From: Eledone cirrhosa
Lineage: Eukaryota
DNA: 64,000 nt
Direction of reading: 5' to 3'
Assembly (NCBI GenBank): GCA_964016885.1
Contig: OZ024749.1
Location: forward strand, 26,598,001 to 26,662,000
Under the pieces are notes generated by a model. It was given only the letters and a program-made list of their open reading frames with translations. It was not told where the DNA came from and searched no databases. Of the stretch, positions 43,867 to 57,578 are shown piece by piece (position 1 is the first letter of the stretch; every line of letters begins with the position of its first letter). Both the position numbers and the translations under genes were made by a program.

Positions 43867-43925
43867 TGAGTATTGAGTACTTTGGTGCGTTATGGTCCAC
43901 CTGGTTCCTTACCACTTTTCCTTCG

Positions 43926-43975
<50 letters not shown>
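41990..43975. repeat. Mixed (TA)n/(TG)n/(GA)n microsatellite field
   Basis: Directly visible. Confidence 0.95.
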
Positions 43976-43977
<2 letters not shown>

Positions 43978-44541
43978 GTTATTTGTGTTAGTTTTGTAAC
44001 ATCTAGTCGAGAGCTCATCATGATGATTAGCGGCAATTAAAATATTTCCATTCACTAGCATTTGAATTTGAATTGACCCGCCAAAAACCGGGGGTTATTT
44101 CCCTTGCCGGAATTAACACGTGATAACTATAGATACGATTAGCTGCCATACGAGCGGCAACATATTTTATCACTCCTGGTTCTAAGCAGAACGAAAACGT
44201 GTTGATCAACTGAGTCCTCTGTTCAGTCACCAATACCACGATCTTGCCATTCAATTAAGTCTGATATTTGATTTCGGATTCAGAGAAACACTTTATACGT
44301 ATGCCCGTTTGATTTGTCCAGGTGTTTTTCCCAACCTGATTAGTTCTATCGTTCCTTTGGTATATATTGTGTGTTAGTTTCACCTACCACAATGTTCGAT
44401 TTCTCAAGCTATTTAAACGTATGTTATAACTCTGAGACCTATCTTATCGAGTGCTTTGCTAACTCATATAAGTAGGCCGAATTTATGCGCAAACCGCCAG
44501 AGATTCGATTTTACTGATTTTCAATTATATATATATATATA

Positions 44542-44663
44542 TAGAAGTGGTTACTCAACAGTTAGCTCACCATACGGAGAACAATTGTTTCACCTTAGCG
44601 GATCCGCTAAGGTGAAACAATTGTTCTCCGTATGGTGAGCTAACTGTTGTGTAACCACTTCTA
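44542..44663. repeat. 122-bp near-perfect palindrome containing a hammerhead 3' half
   Basis: Centre GGATCC. Each strand reads CCTTAGCGGATCCGCTAAGG T GAAA CAATTG TT^ CTCCG. Confidence 0.9.
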
Positions 44664-45140
44664 CCTAACTCGCCATCTTGTCCTTGGACGTCCTTTTCAT
44701 CTTGTCCATTTTCTTGGTGTCCACTCTGTCACTCTGATCGTCCATCTGTTGCCACTGAGTCGCGAGATGTGGCCAGCCCATCTGTTGTCACTGAGACTCC
44801 AGATGTGGCCAGCCCATCTGTTGTCACTAAGTCTCCACATGTGGCCAGCCCATCTGTTGTCACTGAGACTCCAGATGTGGCCAGCCCATCTGTTGTCACT
44901 GAATCTCCAGATGTGGCCAGCACATCTGTGTTTGTTCGTCTTGATGGTTGTTATTATGTCGGTGACTCCAGTTTGTTGTCGGATTCAAGTGTTCTTCTTG
45001 TCACGCAGCATGATACCCAACATGATACGCTCCATCTTTCACTGGACGACACTGAGTATGTTCTTCATGGTGTTATTCAACACCCTGGTCTTACTGCCAT
45101 ACATCATTCATCACTGGCAAGATATGCTCGTTAAAGATTT
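44664..45140 (-). mobile_element. Degenerate RTE LINE 3' fragment with an internal 36-bp tandem repeat
   Basis: Minus strand reads RWAGHISRLSGNRWTIRVTEWTPRKWTR*KGRPRTRW. Repeat starts at 44766, 44802, 44838, 44874 and 44910. Confidence 0.82.
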
Positions 45141-45283
45141 TCTGCTATATTCTCATAGTGGTCTTGAGGAATATAACTAAAGCTTATAAATTTAATCATA
45201 CTTATTAATTAAAGTTACAACAATTTCAAACATAACATTGATATAGAGTATATTAAGAAAAACAATCCAAGAATTTTTTATCA

Positions 45284-46108
<825 letters not shown>

Positions 46109-46352
46109 GAAAATAGAGAAATTAATGTGAGCAAGAAGCCAACAGTATTTCATAATATATAAGTGACTATAACGTCAAAATGGAAAATATTTAACGTAAG
46201 ATATGGGAAAATAATTCAAACTCAATTCAAAAAAATCAAGACAGAGATTTTATCCACAGATTTTGTGAAATCCAGAGAAAAAACCAATAGAGTCTTAACT
46301 CAGAATAAAAAGTTTAAATACTCATCCTTCAATTTGGAAAAACTACAAATGC

Positions 46353-46429
46353 TCTATATAGTCTTAAAAAGACTATTTCACGAAACTTTTCAGTGGGGTT
46401 AGTCACGGTTGGAGTCGTTCATCAGTAGA
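46353..46429 (-). ncRNA. Hammerhead ribozyme with full helix III and 31-nt loop II
   Basis: TCTA CTGATGA ACGA-[31 nt]-TCGT GAAA TAGTCTT-ttt-AAGACTA TA^ TAGA. Confidence 0.82.
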
Positions 46430-46497
46430 TAACCAAAATCCACTCCTAAAAATTGCCAGAAAGGGAATTTAAAAGCAGGCTAGTTCACCTCGTGCGG

Positions 46498-46556
<59 letters not shown>

Positions 46557-46563
<7 letters not shown>

Positions 46564-46690
46564 TACACAATTATCAAAGTTATGTTCAAATCATTTAATT
46601 GCTGACAATCGTTTCTTCCAAACTTTCGAAGAAACGATTGTCAGCAATTAAATGATTTGAACATAACTTTCATAATTGTGTAATTTATAT
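46557..46690. repeat. Palindrome with ~62-bp arms containing a hammerhead 3' half
   Basis: Spacer CAAACTTTC. The right arm starts GAA GAAA CGATTG TC^ AGCAA. Confidence 0.85.
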
Positions 46691-46823
46691 TCCTGCTCTG
46701 TAAAACACCTGATGTTCTTACATTGAGCTATTTCTCTTACTGGTGATAAGGTAGTAAGAAATTACTGACCTTTCCTGTTTATAGTTGTTTATAGTATATA
46801 CATAACTATAAATAGTATCATTA

Positions 46824-47012
46824 GGTGGATTGGCAGTATCGGTAGAGGGTCGGACGCCATGCTTTGACGCATAGAGTTACGGCCCTTGCCATTCTGAGTT
46901 CAAATTCCGCCGAGGTTAACTTTGCCTTTCATCCTTACGGGGCTCGATAAAATAAAGTACCAGTAATACACTGGGTAATTGCTGGCCTTGTGCCAAAAGT
47001 AGAAACAATTAT

Positions 47013-47015
<3 letters not shown>
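46824..47015 (+). mobile_element. Family A SINE
   Basis: Full consensus match. Confidence 0.9.
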
Positions 47016-47074
<59 letters not shown>

Positions 47075-47332
47075 ATTAGTTTCTTCGTGGTTTTTGGTAT
47101 TAAGTGGCTAGGTCTGCCTGCCGCAATTTTCAATTTGTCAAGCTGTCTAAACGTGTGTTATTACTCTAAGGCCCAACCTTATGGAGTGCTTTACTGCTCA
47201 TTCCTAATTGTAGGTCGTTAACTTGGTCACAGTCAAAGCTTCGATTTTACTAAGCTTCCACTTGTATATATATATATATATATATACACTTGTATATATA
47301 TATATATATATATACAAGTGGGTCATACTTTT

Positions 47333-47386
<54 letters not shown>

Positions 47387-47392
<6 letters not shown>

Positions 47393-48105
47393 AAAAGTAT
47401 GACCCCGACGGCAGAGCTCAAGCCATTTCGACGGCTATTTCTTGACTAAATTAGAATTTTTAGCCTGGTGAATAAATAGCCGAACTTGTCAAGGGGATAC
47501 TTCCTTATATGGGAAGATCGTAGTTGTCAAGAGGATTGGTTAAAATTTGTTGTAAACACAAATAAATCTATCATGGCATTTGGTGGGAGGTAGGGGTGGC
47601 TGAACTTGCCTGTAAAACAATAGGGGAGTGAGTGGAGCGGTCAAGCGTTGAAAGTGATATGTATACAGCAGATTCTAAGGATAGTGTATGAAGTGGAGGA
47701 AGGAGGTTATAGAATAGGTAAATCGAATAAGAGTAGGAGACAATAAAAGATACTAGAAATAAATTAAAAAATATATATAAAATTAGAAAGTGAGAAATGA
47801 ATAAAAAAAATCACAATGCTATCTTACAGGTTAATAAGTTGAGAATAGAAAAAACTTGTAGAAACTACAAAACTGATACAATTTTAAGGGGTTTTACACA
47901 TCTGTTATAAGTAGTTAGTAAAACGTATTCGGCCAATTCTATCTTAAAATTACAGGGGTGGGGAAACTGATGCTACAGAGGCCCGATGGGGTAGGCGAAA
48001 GGGGAAAAGCAGACGAGGAAGAAAATAGGGGGTGGAAGGAGTAGGATGAGACAGGGGGAATAAGAAGACAAAGAGGAAAAGAAAAGAGAGACATCTACAT
48101 TGGTA
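47387..48105 (-). mobile_element. Diverged solo pseudo-LTR/3' UTR related to PLE-1
   Basis: 47400-47680 aligns by eye with 14060-14345. Right boundary is approximate. Confidence 0.75.
47402..47497 (-). ncRNA. Hammerhead ribozyme, U3-A8 variant with long helix II insertion
   Basis: CCCC TTGACAA GTTCGGCTATTT-[~33 nt]-AAATAGCCGTC GAAA TGGCT-tgagctc-TGCCG TC^ GGGG. Confidence 0.72.
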
Positions 48106-48184
<79 letters not shown>

Positions 48185-48950
48185 ACAAAGAACGTGTGGT
48201 AAAAAAAACTAGGTAGACCATAACGCACCAGAGTACTCGATACTTAGAGTAGTTGAGTGGGTAATAGGAAAATAGTCAGGACCCCGACGGCTGAGCTCCG
48301 GTCATTTCGACAGCTAGATCCGAACTCAATTCGACAGTTCGGATCTAGCTGTCGAAACGGCCGGAGCTCAGCTGTCGGTGTCCTGACTTATATATATATA
48401 TATTATCACTAATAAGTTTTAATTTATACCTTTAGTTTTAACGTCTTACCAGCTGTATTTTAAATTTGTTTACATTTTCGACTTGGAGATCTCTGGACAT
48501 CGACGGTAAATATGTTATTTATATTGTTTAATGGATTTTGAAGAAATTAGTACAGAGGAAAATAATGGAATAACTTACTGTATTGATAGAAACGTTCGTA
48601 AATCAATTATGTAATTTAATATAATTTAATCCTGGTTATTTTATTCTTTAATATATAATACATATACGTTAATCAGTAAGAAAAACAACTTCGTGTGGGT
48701 AGGATATTAACATATCCACATTCCTGGACCATGCATGATTTCTGTAATTCCGTTCTATTAACAATAGTCCAATGGGAACCACCGTTCGCAGATATTACGT
48801 AATGTCAAGAGACATTACGCTTCCTCGGCAGGTGTTAGCCTTCCATGAATATATATATTGAAGCTGTAAAAATTTGTATTATTCTACATTTATAAATCTT
48901 CTGTCTTCTTTCTACTTTAGAACAACATCTTTATCATTATTATCTTTATT

Positions 48951-51210
48951 TGGATTGATAGAATCGGTAGAGCGTCGAACAAAATGCGACTGAGTTCAAA
49001 ATAAAGTACCAGTTAAGTACAGGGTTCGATATAATTTACATAACCCTTCCCCCAAATTGCTGGTCTTGAGCGAATGTAAGATAGAATTATTATTATTAAT
49101 TGGCAGTACCGGTAGAGGGTCGGACGCCATGTTTGAAGCATAGAGTTACCTCCCTTTATGATCTGAGTTCAAATCCCGCCGAGGTTAACTTTGCCTTTCA
49201 TCCTTACAGGGTCGATAAAATAAAGTACCAGTAATACACTGGGATAATTGCTGGCCTTGTGCCAAAACTAGAAACAATTATTATTAATGTTGCTGAGTCG
49301 TTAGAGCGTCGGACAAATGCTTAGCAGTATTTAATTCGGCCTTTTACATTCTGAGTTCAAATCCTGCCTAGCTTGGTTTGCCTATATTCTTTACGCCGTC
49401 GTTAAAATAAATCACCAGTAATGCACTGAGGTCGATTAATCGACTTTTCGCTACCCCAAAATTGCTAGCCTTGTGCCTAAAGTAGAAACAATTATTACTG
49501 CTGTTGCTATTGTTAGGGCGGTCGAATAACAATATCGGTAGAGCGTCGGACACCATGCCGTGCAGCATAGAGTTACGGCCCTTTACGTTATATGTTCAAA
49601 TCCCACCGAGGTTAGCTTTGCCTTTCATCCTTGCGTGGTCGATAAAATAAAGTACCAGTAGTGCACTTGGGTCGATTTAATCTTACCTTTTCCCTTCAAA
49701 TTGCTGGCCTTGTGCCAAAAGTAGAAATAATTGTTTCTACTTTAACCACAAGGCCAGCAATTTTTGTGGAGGGAAAAGTCGATTAAATCGACCCCAGTGC
49801 ACTACTGGTACTTTATTTTATCGATCCCGTATGGATGAAAGTTAACCTCGGCGGGATTTGATCTCAGATCGTAAAGGGGCGTAACCCTATGCCGTAAAGC
49901 ATGTTGTCCGATGCTCTAATAATGATAATTATTATTTAATTGGGGATTGGCAATATTGGTAGAGGGTCGGGCACCATGCTTTGCAGCATAGAATTACGGC
50001 CCTTTATGTTCTGAGTTCAAATCCCGCTGAGGTTAACTTTGCCTTTCATCCTTACGGGGTCGATAAAATAAAGTACCAGTTACGCACTGAGTCGATTTAT
50101 TCGACTTTACCCTCCCCCAAAATTGATGGCCCTGTGCCCATATAAGAAACCATTATTTAATTGTCTATTAATCCTCAGTGTGCTTTGGGTGTGTGAAATG
50201 GTTTTGTATTTGTTGTTGTTTCACTTCTATTGAAATCACTCCACACAATATATATGGCAGTACCTATTCCTAATATTTCCTCTCTATATTATACACATTT
50301 GTGAGTCCTGCAATTTAGGTAATGTATCTGTCTGCATGATGTATTTTGTTTGTTAGTCATTCCCAAGACACCTATTAACATAACGGGTTCTCGCTGTTTC
50401 AACTCTCCTCATATTCTAGTTATATCTATTTCGAAATCTTTATATTTCGAATAATTTTCTCCATTTCTTTTAAATATTCATTACACCGTCTGTTGCCACT
50501 GATACTTTGATTAGGAGGAATTTCCTCTCCTGTCGGTCCTTGACAACAATATCCGGCCGATAAGCCTTGATTTCCATGTCTGTGGTGTGGATTGTAAGAT
50601 TGTGATATTCCACAGTGTGGTCGTAATTCTCACAGATCTTTTTATAGTGTAATTTTATACACCCTCACAAGACCCCCTTTAGTATTTCCTTATACTGGGG
50701 CAACTTCTGGTTTAAGTATCTCCCAACACTGTTATGTCAGTATATATATTCTTACTTCTATAATACTGGGTAACAACACACAATGTCGTTAGAATCGGTA
50801 GAGCGTCGGACACCATGCTTAGTAGCATAGTTACGTCCCTTTACGTCCCGCCGAGGTTAGCTTTGCCTTTCATCCTTACGGAGTCGATAAAATAAAGTAC
50901 CAGTCACGCACTGGTGTCGATTTAATCGACTTTCCCCTCCCCCAAATTACTGGCCTTGTGCCTCAAGTAGAAATCATTATTACATACTGCTAAGGGCGAT
51001 GGATTGGCAGAATCGGTAGAGCGTCAGACACCATGCTTAGCGGCATAGAGTTATGGCCCTTTCGTTCTGAGTTCAAATCCCACCCAGGTTAGCTTTGCCT
51101 TTTAACTTTACGGGGTCGATAAAATAAAGTACCAGTAATGTACTGGAATCGATTTAATCGACTTGCACCTCTCCCCAAATCGTTGGCCTTGTGCCTAAAT
51201 AAGAAACTAT
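48951..51210. mobile_element. Cluster of about eight family A SINEs
   Basis: Copies near 48951, 49099, 49290, 49515, 49943, 50790 and 50993 (+) and 49728-49918 (-). Confidence 0.88.
50265..50790 (-). mobile_element. Degenerate R4/Dong-like LINE restriction-like endonuclease fragment
   Basis: Minus strand pieces TDMEIKAYRPDIVVKDRQERKFLLIKVSV, SKYKDFEIDITRI, IGVLG. Many frameshifts. Confidence 0.72.
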
Positions 51211-51485
51211 TAGACATTGCTCAATTAGTTCTATCTAATGTCATTAGTCAATTAGTTCTATGTCTTCATGGCATTGGAAATTTTTGTATATTGAATATGT
51301 TTGTTCTTCATTTCAATTATTTGATCAGCTCAAGGTTCGATCTGTATCGATCAAGCCCGACTCTGCTTAGTTCTATACCCCTTTACAGACTGGAAACTAC
51401 GCATCGAGTGCTCACTCGGGTGAACCTATAATAACTGCTCGTTACACTCCCTATACACACACTCACACACACACACACACACACA

Positions 51486-51563
<78 letters not shown>

Positions 51564-51757
51564 TACATACATATATATATATAACCACAGTTTTCAATTT
51601 GTCACGCTATTTAACGTATGTTTATTACTCTAAGGTGTAACTTATCGATTTATCGATATATTCTTATTGAGTGCTACATGCAAGCTCCGAATTGTTTTTT
51701 CGTGAGTGCTGGCCGACCGCCGCAACTTCGATTTTACTAACTTCCACTCTTATATAT

Positions 51758-51824
<67 letters not shown>

Positions 51825-52061
51825 ATATTTAGAAACACACAGATACATGCGGACACACAGAGATATACATGAATGCATCCGCACCCAACTGTGAGTTAAG
51901 GGTGCCAACTTCACCGATGTTGCTCAATGAATGACTGGGACAGACCAATTCAGTTGAACTAGACTGAACCAGTATCAGAGTTAAAAATACATTATGAAGA
52001 GAGAAGAAACATTTAGATATAATTAGTAATAAAATGTATCATACCTAAACTGCTCCTAAAT

Positions 52062-52151
52062 TCCTCGACTACGTAGTTTCGTGGCATAAATAAAAACAAT
52101 ATATTATCAAGATATAGAGTCCTTGCGAGGTCTGCCGACTTATCAAGAGGA
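52062..52151 (-). ncRNA. Hammerhead ribozyme, U3-A8 variant (copy in B)
   Basis: Reverse complement of 52607-52696. Confidence 0.82.
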
Positions 52152-52606
52152 TACCTCATTTTACTAGTCTCAAGAACGCGTCTACACGACTAAGAAAGAA
52201 TCTAGTTCAACTGAATTGGTCTGTCCCAGTCATTCATTGAGCAACATCGGTGAAGTTGGCACCCTTAACTCACAGTTGGGTGCGGATGCATTCATGTATA
52301 TCTCTGTGTGTCCGCATGTATCTGTGTGTTTCTAAATATATTGTTAATAACTCCCTCTGGTCGAGCAATCTTTGAGGTGTGGGGACAGCCGGAAAGCTTC
52401 CATTACTCATACTTCTCGCCTTCTTCACCACCTCTTCTACCGCCTCGATATAAATACCCCCTCCGCCTCCGTGGTATTTTCTTCGGGGTTATAAGAGGCT
52501 TAGCTCTGTTTCTCGACCGTTATATCGCGTGACTATCTCCCCCTCCGCCTTTTGGGATTCTTTCTTAGTCGTGTAGACGCGTTCTTGAGACTAGTAAAAT
52601 GAGGTA

Positions 52607-52696
52607 TCCTCTTGATAAGTCGGCAGACCTCGCAAGGACTCTATATCTTGATAATATATTGTTTTTATTTATGCCACGAAACTACGTAGTCGAGGA
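52607..52696 (+). ncRNA. Hammerhead ribozyme, U3-A8 variant with long helix II insertion
   Basis: TCCTC TTGATAA GTCGGCA-[~46 nt]-TGCCAC GAAA CTACGTAG TC^ GAGGA. Helix III is the palindrome ACTACGTAGT. Confidence 0.82.
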
Positions 52697-52765
52697 ATTT
52701 AGGAGCAGTTTAGGTATGATACATTTTATTACTAATTATATCTAAATGTTTCTTCTCTCTTCATA

Positions 52766-52873
<108 letters not shown>

Positions 52874-53353
52874 AGTACATCTACCAGCATATGTATACAG
52901 ATGTATACCCATGCTAGCAAATATATAAGTTATGTCTTAGTACCTATATGGTTCTATGCAGGTGAATGCAGAACAATTATAAGAAAGACGTAAAATAAGA
53001 AAATTTTAAAAATTAAAAATCAACTTACTTACTAAAATTTTCACTCCACATATGTTGGTAGATGTACTAATTCTCTATATTTATCTCCAAATTATTTGTT
53101 GAGCAAAACTTGCCAAAATTTACTGCTGTTTCATGGTAGTAGTAGGCTCTTGTCATAATACCACCCCGCTCCTAACTGATTAACCTCAGTGTCAAGTGAT
53201 TGATTCTTTAGAATCTGCCACAGACCAGAGACAGTGAAATTTTTTCAGTGCTCCGGAATTTAGTCCTCGCTAGCTTCATTCCATCTACTGAATTATTATT
53301 TTTATATGGGTTCCTAGTGTCCGCGCATTGCCTGGGAACTTAGCTGAGAATAG

Positions 53354-53439
53354 ACTTCCTGATGACGTAATGAATTCTCTATAGTTATATATATTATGTA
53401 ACTATATTTATCCCATTACAGAAACTAATTAGTTGGAGT
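53354..53439 (+). ncRNA. Hammerhead ribozyme with extended helix II
   Basis: ACTTC CTGATGA C GTAATG-[inner TATAGTTA/TAACTATA hairpin]-CATTAC A GAAA CTAATTAG TT^ GGAGT. Confidence 0.82.
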
Positions 53440-53508
53440 GAAAATTTTAGTAAGTAAGTTGATTTTTAATTTTTAAAATGTTCTTATTTTACGTCTTTCA
53501 TATACATA

Positions 53509-53555
<47 letters not shown>

Positions 53556-53590
53556 ATATATATATATATGTATATATGTATATATATGTA

Positions 53591-53643
<53 letters not shown>

Positions 53644-53697
53644 CGTTTCTGAATTTGTTTAGCAAGATTCTTTATCTGAAATCGTGTGTTGAAACCG

Positions 53698-54905
53698 ATA
53701 TTGTTATACTTTGGGAGGGTCATGTTGCCAATAAGAAACACACGCACCAGTTGCTTTCACTTCAATTTATTATATATTTATAAATTTATAAATTTATAAA
53801 TTTATAAATTTCTGGTTGGTTGATTGGTTCCACAACCAGATAGTTGTTTATATATAGTCATAGTTCTTTCGTCACACACTCTGTGACCTCTTCAGTGACT
53901 GGGGATTCCTTTCTTTGTTTCTGTGCCTCTCCTTTGTTCTGTCCTACGCCATTTTGTTTCTGTGTGTGTGTTGTGTGCTCAGTCTGCGCATGCGCCACAT
54001 CCGGGTGTCTGTGTGTTTATGTTCATTTATTTATTTGTTTATTTACATGTTACTGGTTGGTTGTTTGTTCTATGTGTGTGTGTGTTTTCATTTTGTCCTT
54101 AATTGTAAGTTGTGATGTTGCTGTTCCACTCCTATTTTCTATTTAATTTTGGTTGTAATTCTTTTATGTTTATTGCCTCTGTGATTTGTCTAAACATTGC
54201 GTCTTTTCTGTGTGTAGATTCTATTTTTATTTCTATGTTCTCTAATTTACCCCTGTGTTCTATTTTAGCATGTTGGTAGAGTACAGATGATTCTTTATTA
54301 TCTTGAAGGTCTCGCCAGTGTTCATTTATCCGTTCCCCTACACTACGAGCTGTCTCACCTATGTACACTATATTTTTGTCTCTACATTGTCCTTCAGTAC
54401 ATCTTATGATATACACTACATTTCTAGTTTTACAGTTAATATTTTACAGGTTATACATTTCTTATCTATAAATGAGGGTCTTTGAAAAGGGTACGTCTTG
54501 CTAATAAGTGTTTTTACGGAGGTACCTGGTCTTTCTACTATCTTAATATTGAGTTTAGGTTTATTTAGGGCCCTTCTAAATTTGTAAGCTAATTCACCTC
54601 TAGGGGTTGTATCGATGAACATTACACTCTGGTATTTATTGCTATCATACCATGAGTTTATTCTATTAACCTTATTCCTAGTTCTTTCTATTCTATTCCA
54701 AAATTTGCTCCTATACAAGGGGCAGGTCCCATTTATGTCATTATTTACCATTTTATCCCATTTGGTTCTGGCTCCTCTATACACTCTGATTTTATCTCTC
54801 TGATTGTAGCCAGAGAACTGCATACGGTGGATGAAGTGTTGTATGTGTCTCTCTAGTTCTTCGGGGTTGCACATGCGGGACACATTTCTCATCACCCGTA
54901 CCAAA
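53698..54905 (-). mobile_element. Penelope-like element 3, 5'-truncated (thumb/linker + GIY-YIG + pseudo-LTR)
   Basis: RMQFSGY, MFIDTTPRGEL, IKIVERPG, YIIRC..YIGETARSVGERINEH, RQITEAINI..LN. Frameshift near 54416-54430. Confidence 0.88.
53856..53900 (-). ncRNA. Minimal hammerhead ribozyme downstream of the PLE-3 ORF
   Basis: AGTCA CTGAAGA G GTCACA-gagtg-TGTGAC GAAA GAAC TA^ TGACT, on the same strand as the ORF. Confidence 0.85.
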
Positions 54906-55348
54906 TCCGCAACTCATCAGCAATATTTACCTATCTTCCGGCCTTTCTAGAGAATCGTAAAAGCACATATCGTTATATGCTTTTTCTATGAAAATTAGTA
55001 GTGGGCAGACTAATTTGCATAGAGCGTGAGTACGTACCGGTTCAACGGAGACGATAAAAACAAATAACGAAACGAAATTAAATTTCGTTTCGTTTGTAAC
55101 TCACTTTTGTATGACTGACGCTTAAACAATTAAGTTCAAAATGTACATCCACATATGTATACTGAAATACTAGTATGCATATGAATACACACACGTATAC
55201 ATATGTAGATGTACCGAGTTTTTCACTGGTCACTTTACTGTGAGTGTCCAGCTACTCTGCATGCAAACACACAGACAAACCGGTTTTTAGAGTCATACTG
55301 GTTTTTGAGGAAACACCTTTCCTCTATTTTCCAGAAAGCCAGACAAGG

Positions 55349-55393
55349 AATATTGAACTAGTTTCGTTGTTGTTACAACTCATCAGCAATATT
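55349..55393 (-). ncRNA. Minimal hammerhead ribozyme, tandem copy 1
   Basis: AATATTG CTGATGA GTTGT-aaca-ACAAC GAAA CTAG TT^ CAATATT. Confidence 0.9.
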
Positions 55394-55814
55394 TACCTAT
55401 CTTCCGGCCTTTCTAGAGAATCGTAAAAGCACATATCGTTATATGCTTTTTCTATGAAAATTAGTAGTGGGCAGACTAATTTGCATAGAGCGTGAGTACG
55501 TACCGGTTCAACGGAGACGATAAAAACAAATAACGAAACGAAATTAAATTTCGTTTCGTTTGTAACTCACTTTTGTATGACTGACGCTTAAACAATTAAT
55601 TTCAAAATGTACATCCACATATGTATACTGAAATACTAGTATGCATATGAATACACACACGTATACATATGTAGATGTACCGAGTTTTTCACTGGTCACT
55701 TTACTGTGAGTGTCCAGCTACTCTGCATGCAAACACACAGACAAACCGGTTTTTAGAGTCATACTGGTTTTTGAGGAAACACCTTTCCTCTATTTTCCAG
55801 AAAGCCAGACAAGG

Positions 55815-55859
55815 AATATTGAACTAGTTTCGTTGTTGTTACAACTCATCAGCAATATT
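55815..55859 (-). ncRNA. Minimal hammerhead ribozyme, tandem copy 2
   Basis: Identical motif 466 bp away. Confidence 0.9.
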
Positions 55860-56141
55860 TACCTATCTTCCGCCCTTTCTAGAGAATCGTAAAAGCACAT
55901 ATCGTTATATGCTTTTTCTATGAAAATTAGTAGTGGGCAGACTAATTTGCATAGAGCGTGAGTACGTACCGGTTCAACGGAGACGATAAAAACAAATAAC
56001 GAAACGAAATTAAATTTCGTTTCGCTTGTAACTCACTTTTGTATGACTGACGCTTAAACAATTAAGTTCAAAATGTACATCCACATATGTATACTGAAAT
56101 ACTAGTATGCATATGAATACACACACGTATACACACACGTA

Positions 56142-56186
56142 AATATTGCTGATGAGTTGTAACAACAACGAAACTAGTTCAATATT
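56142..56186 (+). ncRNA. Minimal hammerhead ribozyme, inverted copy
   Basis: Same motif on the plus strand. Confidence 0.9.
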
Positions 56187-56474
56187 CCTTGTCTGGCTTT
56201 CTGGAAAATAGAGGAAAGGTGTTTCCTCAAAAACCAGTATGACTCTAAAAACCGGTTTGTCTGTGTGTTTGCATGCAGAGTAGCTGGACACTCACAGTAA
56301 AGTGACCAGTGAAAAACTCGGTACATCTACATATGTATACGTGTGTGTATTCATATGCATACTAGTATTTCAGTATACATATGTGGATGTACATTTTGAA
56401 CTTAATTGTTTAAGCGTCAGTCATACAAAAGTGAGTTACAAACGAAACGAAATTTAATTTCGTTTCGTTATTTG

Positions 56475-56509
<35 letters not shown>

Positions 56510-56671
56510 CGGAGGAAATGTGGTAAGGAACCAGGTGGACCATAACGCACCAAAGTACTCAATACTTAGTGTAGTAGAGTGGGTAATAGGTAATTCTGGA
56601 CTAAGTCCAGAATTAGCCGTCGAAATGGCTTGAGCTCAGCCGCCGGGGTCCTACTCGTTCCTATATATGTA

Positions 56672-56898
<227 letters not shown>

Positions 56899-57242
56899 AA
56901 GGAGTATAACTTGAAGATACTGTAGGTTCACCCTGGTAAGCACTCAATATTTAGGTTCACGTCAGTGGCGAGGTGTAGAGCTTTTGATTCCAGAGTAGGG
57001 CCAAATCGATACAGATCGGACCTTGAGTTGATCACCAATCAATAAACGTAATGAAGGCTTAACAAATCGTCCTTTTATTATATATATTATATATATATAT
57101 ATATTAGAAAGTGAGGGTTTTTTTACAAAATGAAAAATAAGCTAGGTGTCCTACACGAGTGAAAGTATAAAGAAAAAAAGATGAAGTCGAAAATGCAACT
57201 GGAGTCTTATTTTTTTTTTAAATATATATATTATTTTGGTTC

Positions 57243-57278
57243 CTTTACCGGTTTCGCAGTTCTTCTGCTTTTCAAAAG
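57243..57278 (-). ncRNA. Minimal hammerhead ribozyme, U3-A8 variant
   Basis: CTT TTGAAAA GCAG-aagaa-CTGC GAAA CCGG TA^ AAG. Helix III is the palindrome ACCGGT; helix I is short. Confidence 0.72.
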
Positions 57279-57520
57279 TAGAGTTGAGATGGAGGGTCTG
57301 TGGTTTTTCTCACATATATATATATATATTTAGGTTTGTTGGTTCACTACTGGATAGAACTGGTCATTCCATATGGTCAACCTCAATGCAATATTAGGGA
57401 GAGCACTCGACGTAATGCAACTCACCCGTCTTCGTTTGTGTAGTTGGTGGTGCTAGTACGGAGTTAATTATTATAAAATAACAGGAGGCTGGACTGGTGT
57501 AATTCCTTAAAAGGTTTATT

Positions 57521-57578
57521 ATACTATGAACATTTCAATGACCGGGTTCAGTATGAATCCGGTGACATCATCAGGTAT
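57521..57578 (-). ncRNA. Hammerhead ribozyme (left arm)
   Basis: Reverse complement of 57697-57754. Confidence 0.75.

Larger units (their letters stand above)
54910..56480. repeat. 466-bp tandem array (~2.6 copies) plus an inverted partial copy
   Basis: Units start at 54910, 55376 and 55842 and are nearly identical. Inverted copy at 56139-56480. Confidence 0.95.

Noticed and set aside
44168-44210. Hammerhead-like GTTCT-aagc-AGAAC GAAA motif
   Set aside because: No recognisable CUGANGA core.
44766-44921. 36-bp repeats as a CRISPR array
   Set aside because: Contiguous units with no unique spacers, inside an RTE fragment, in eukaryotic DNA.
55244-55426. Repeated 60-aa ORF in the 466-bp unit
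   Set aside because: GTG start, antisense to the ribozyme, no recognisable domain; repeated only because the DNA is.
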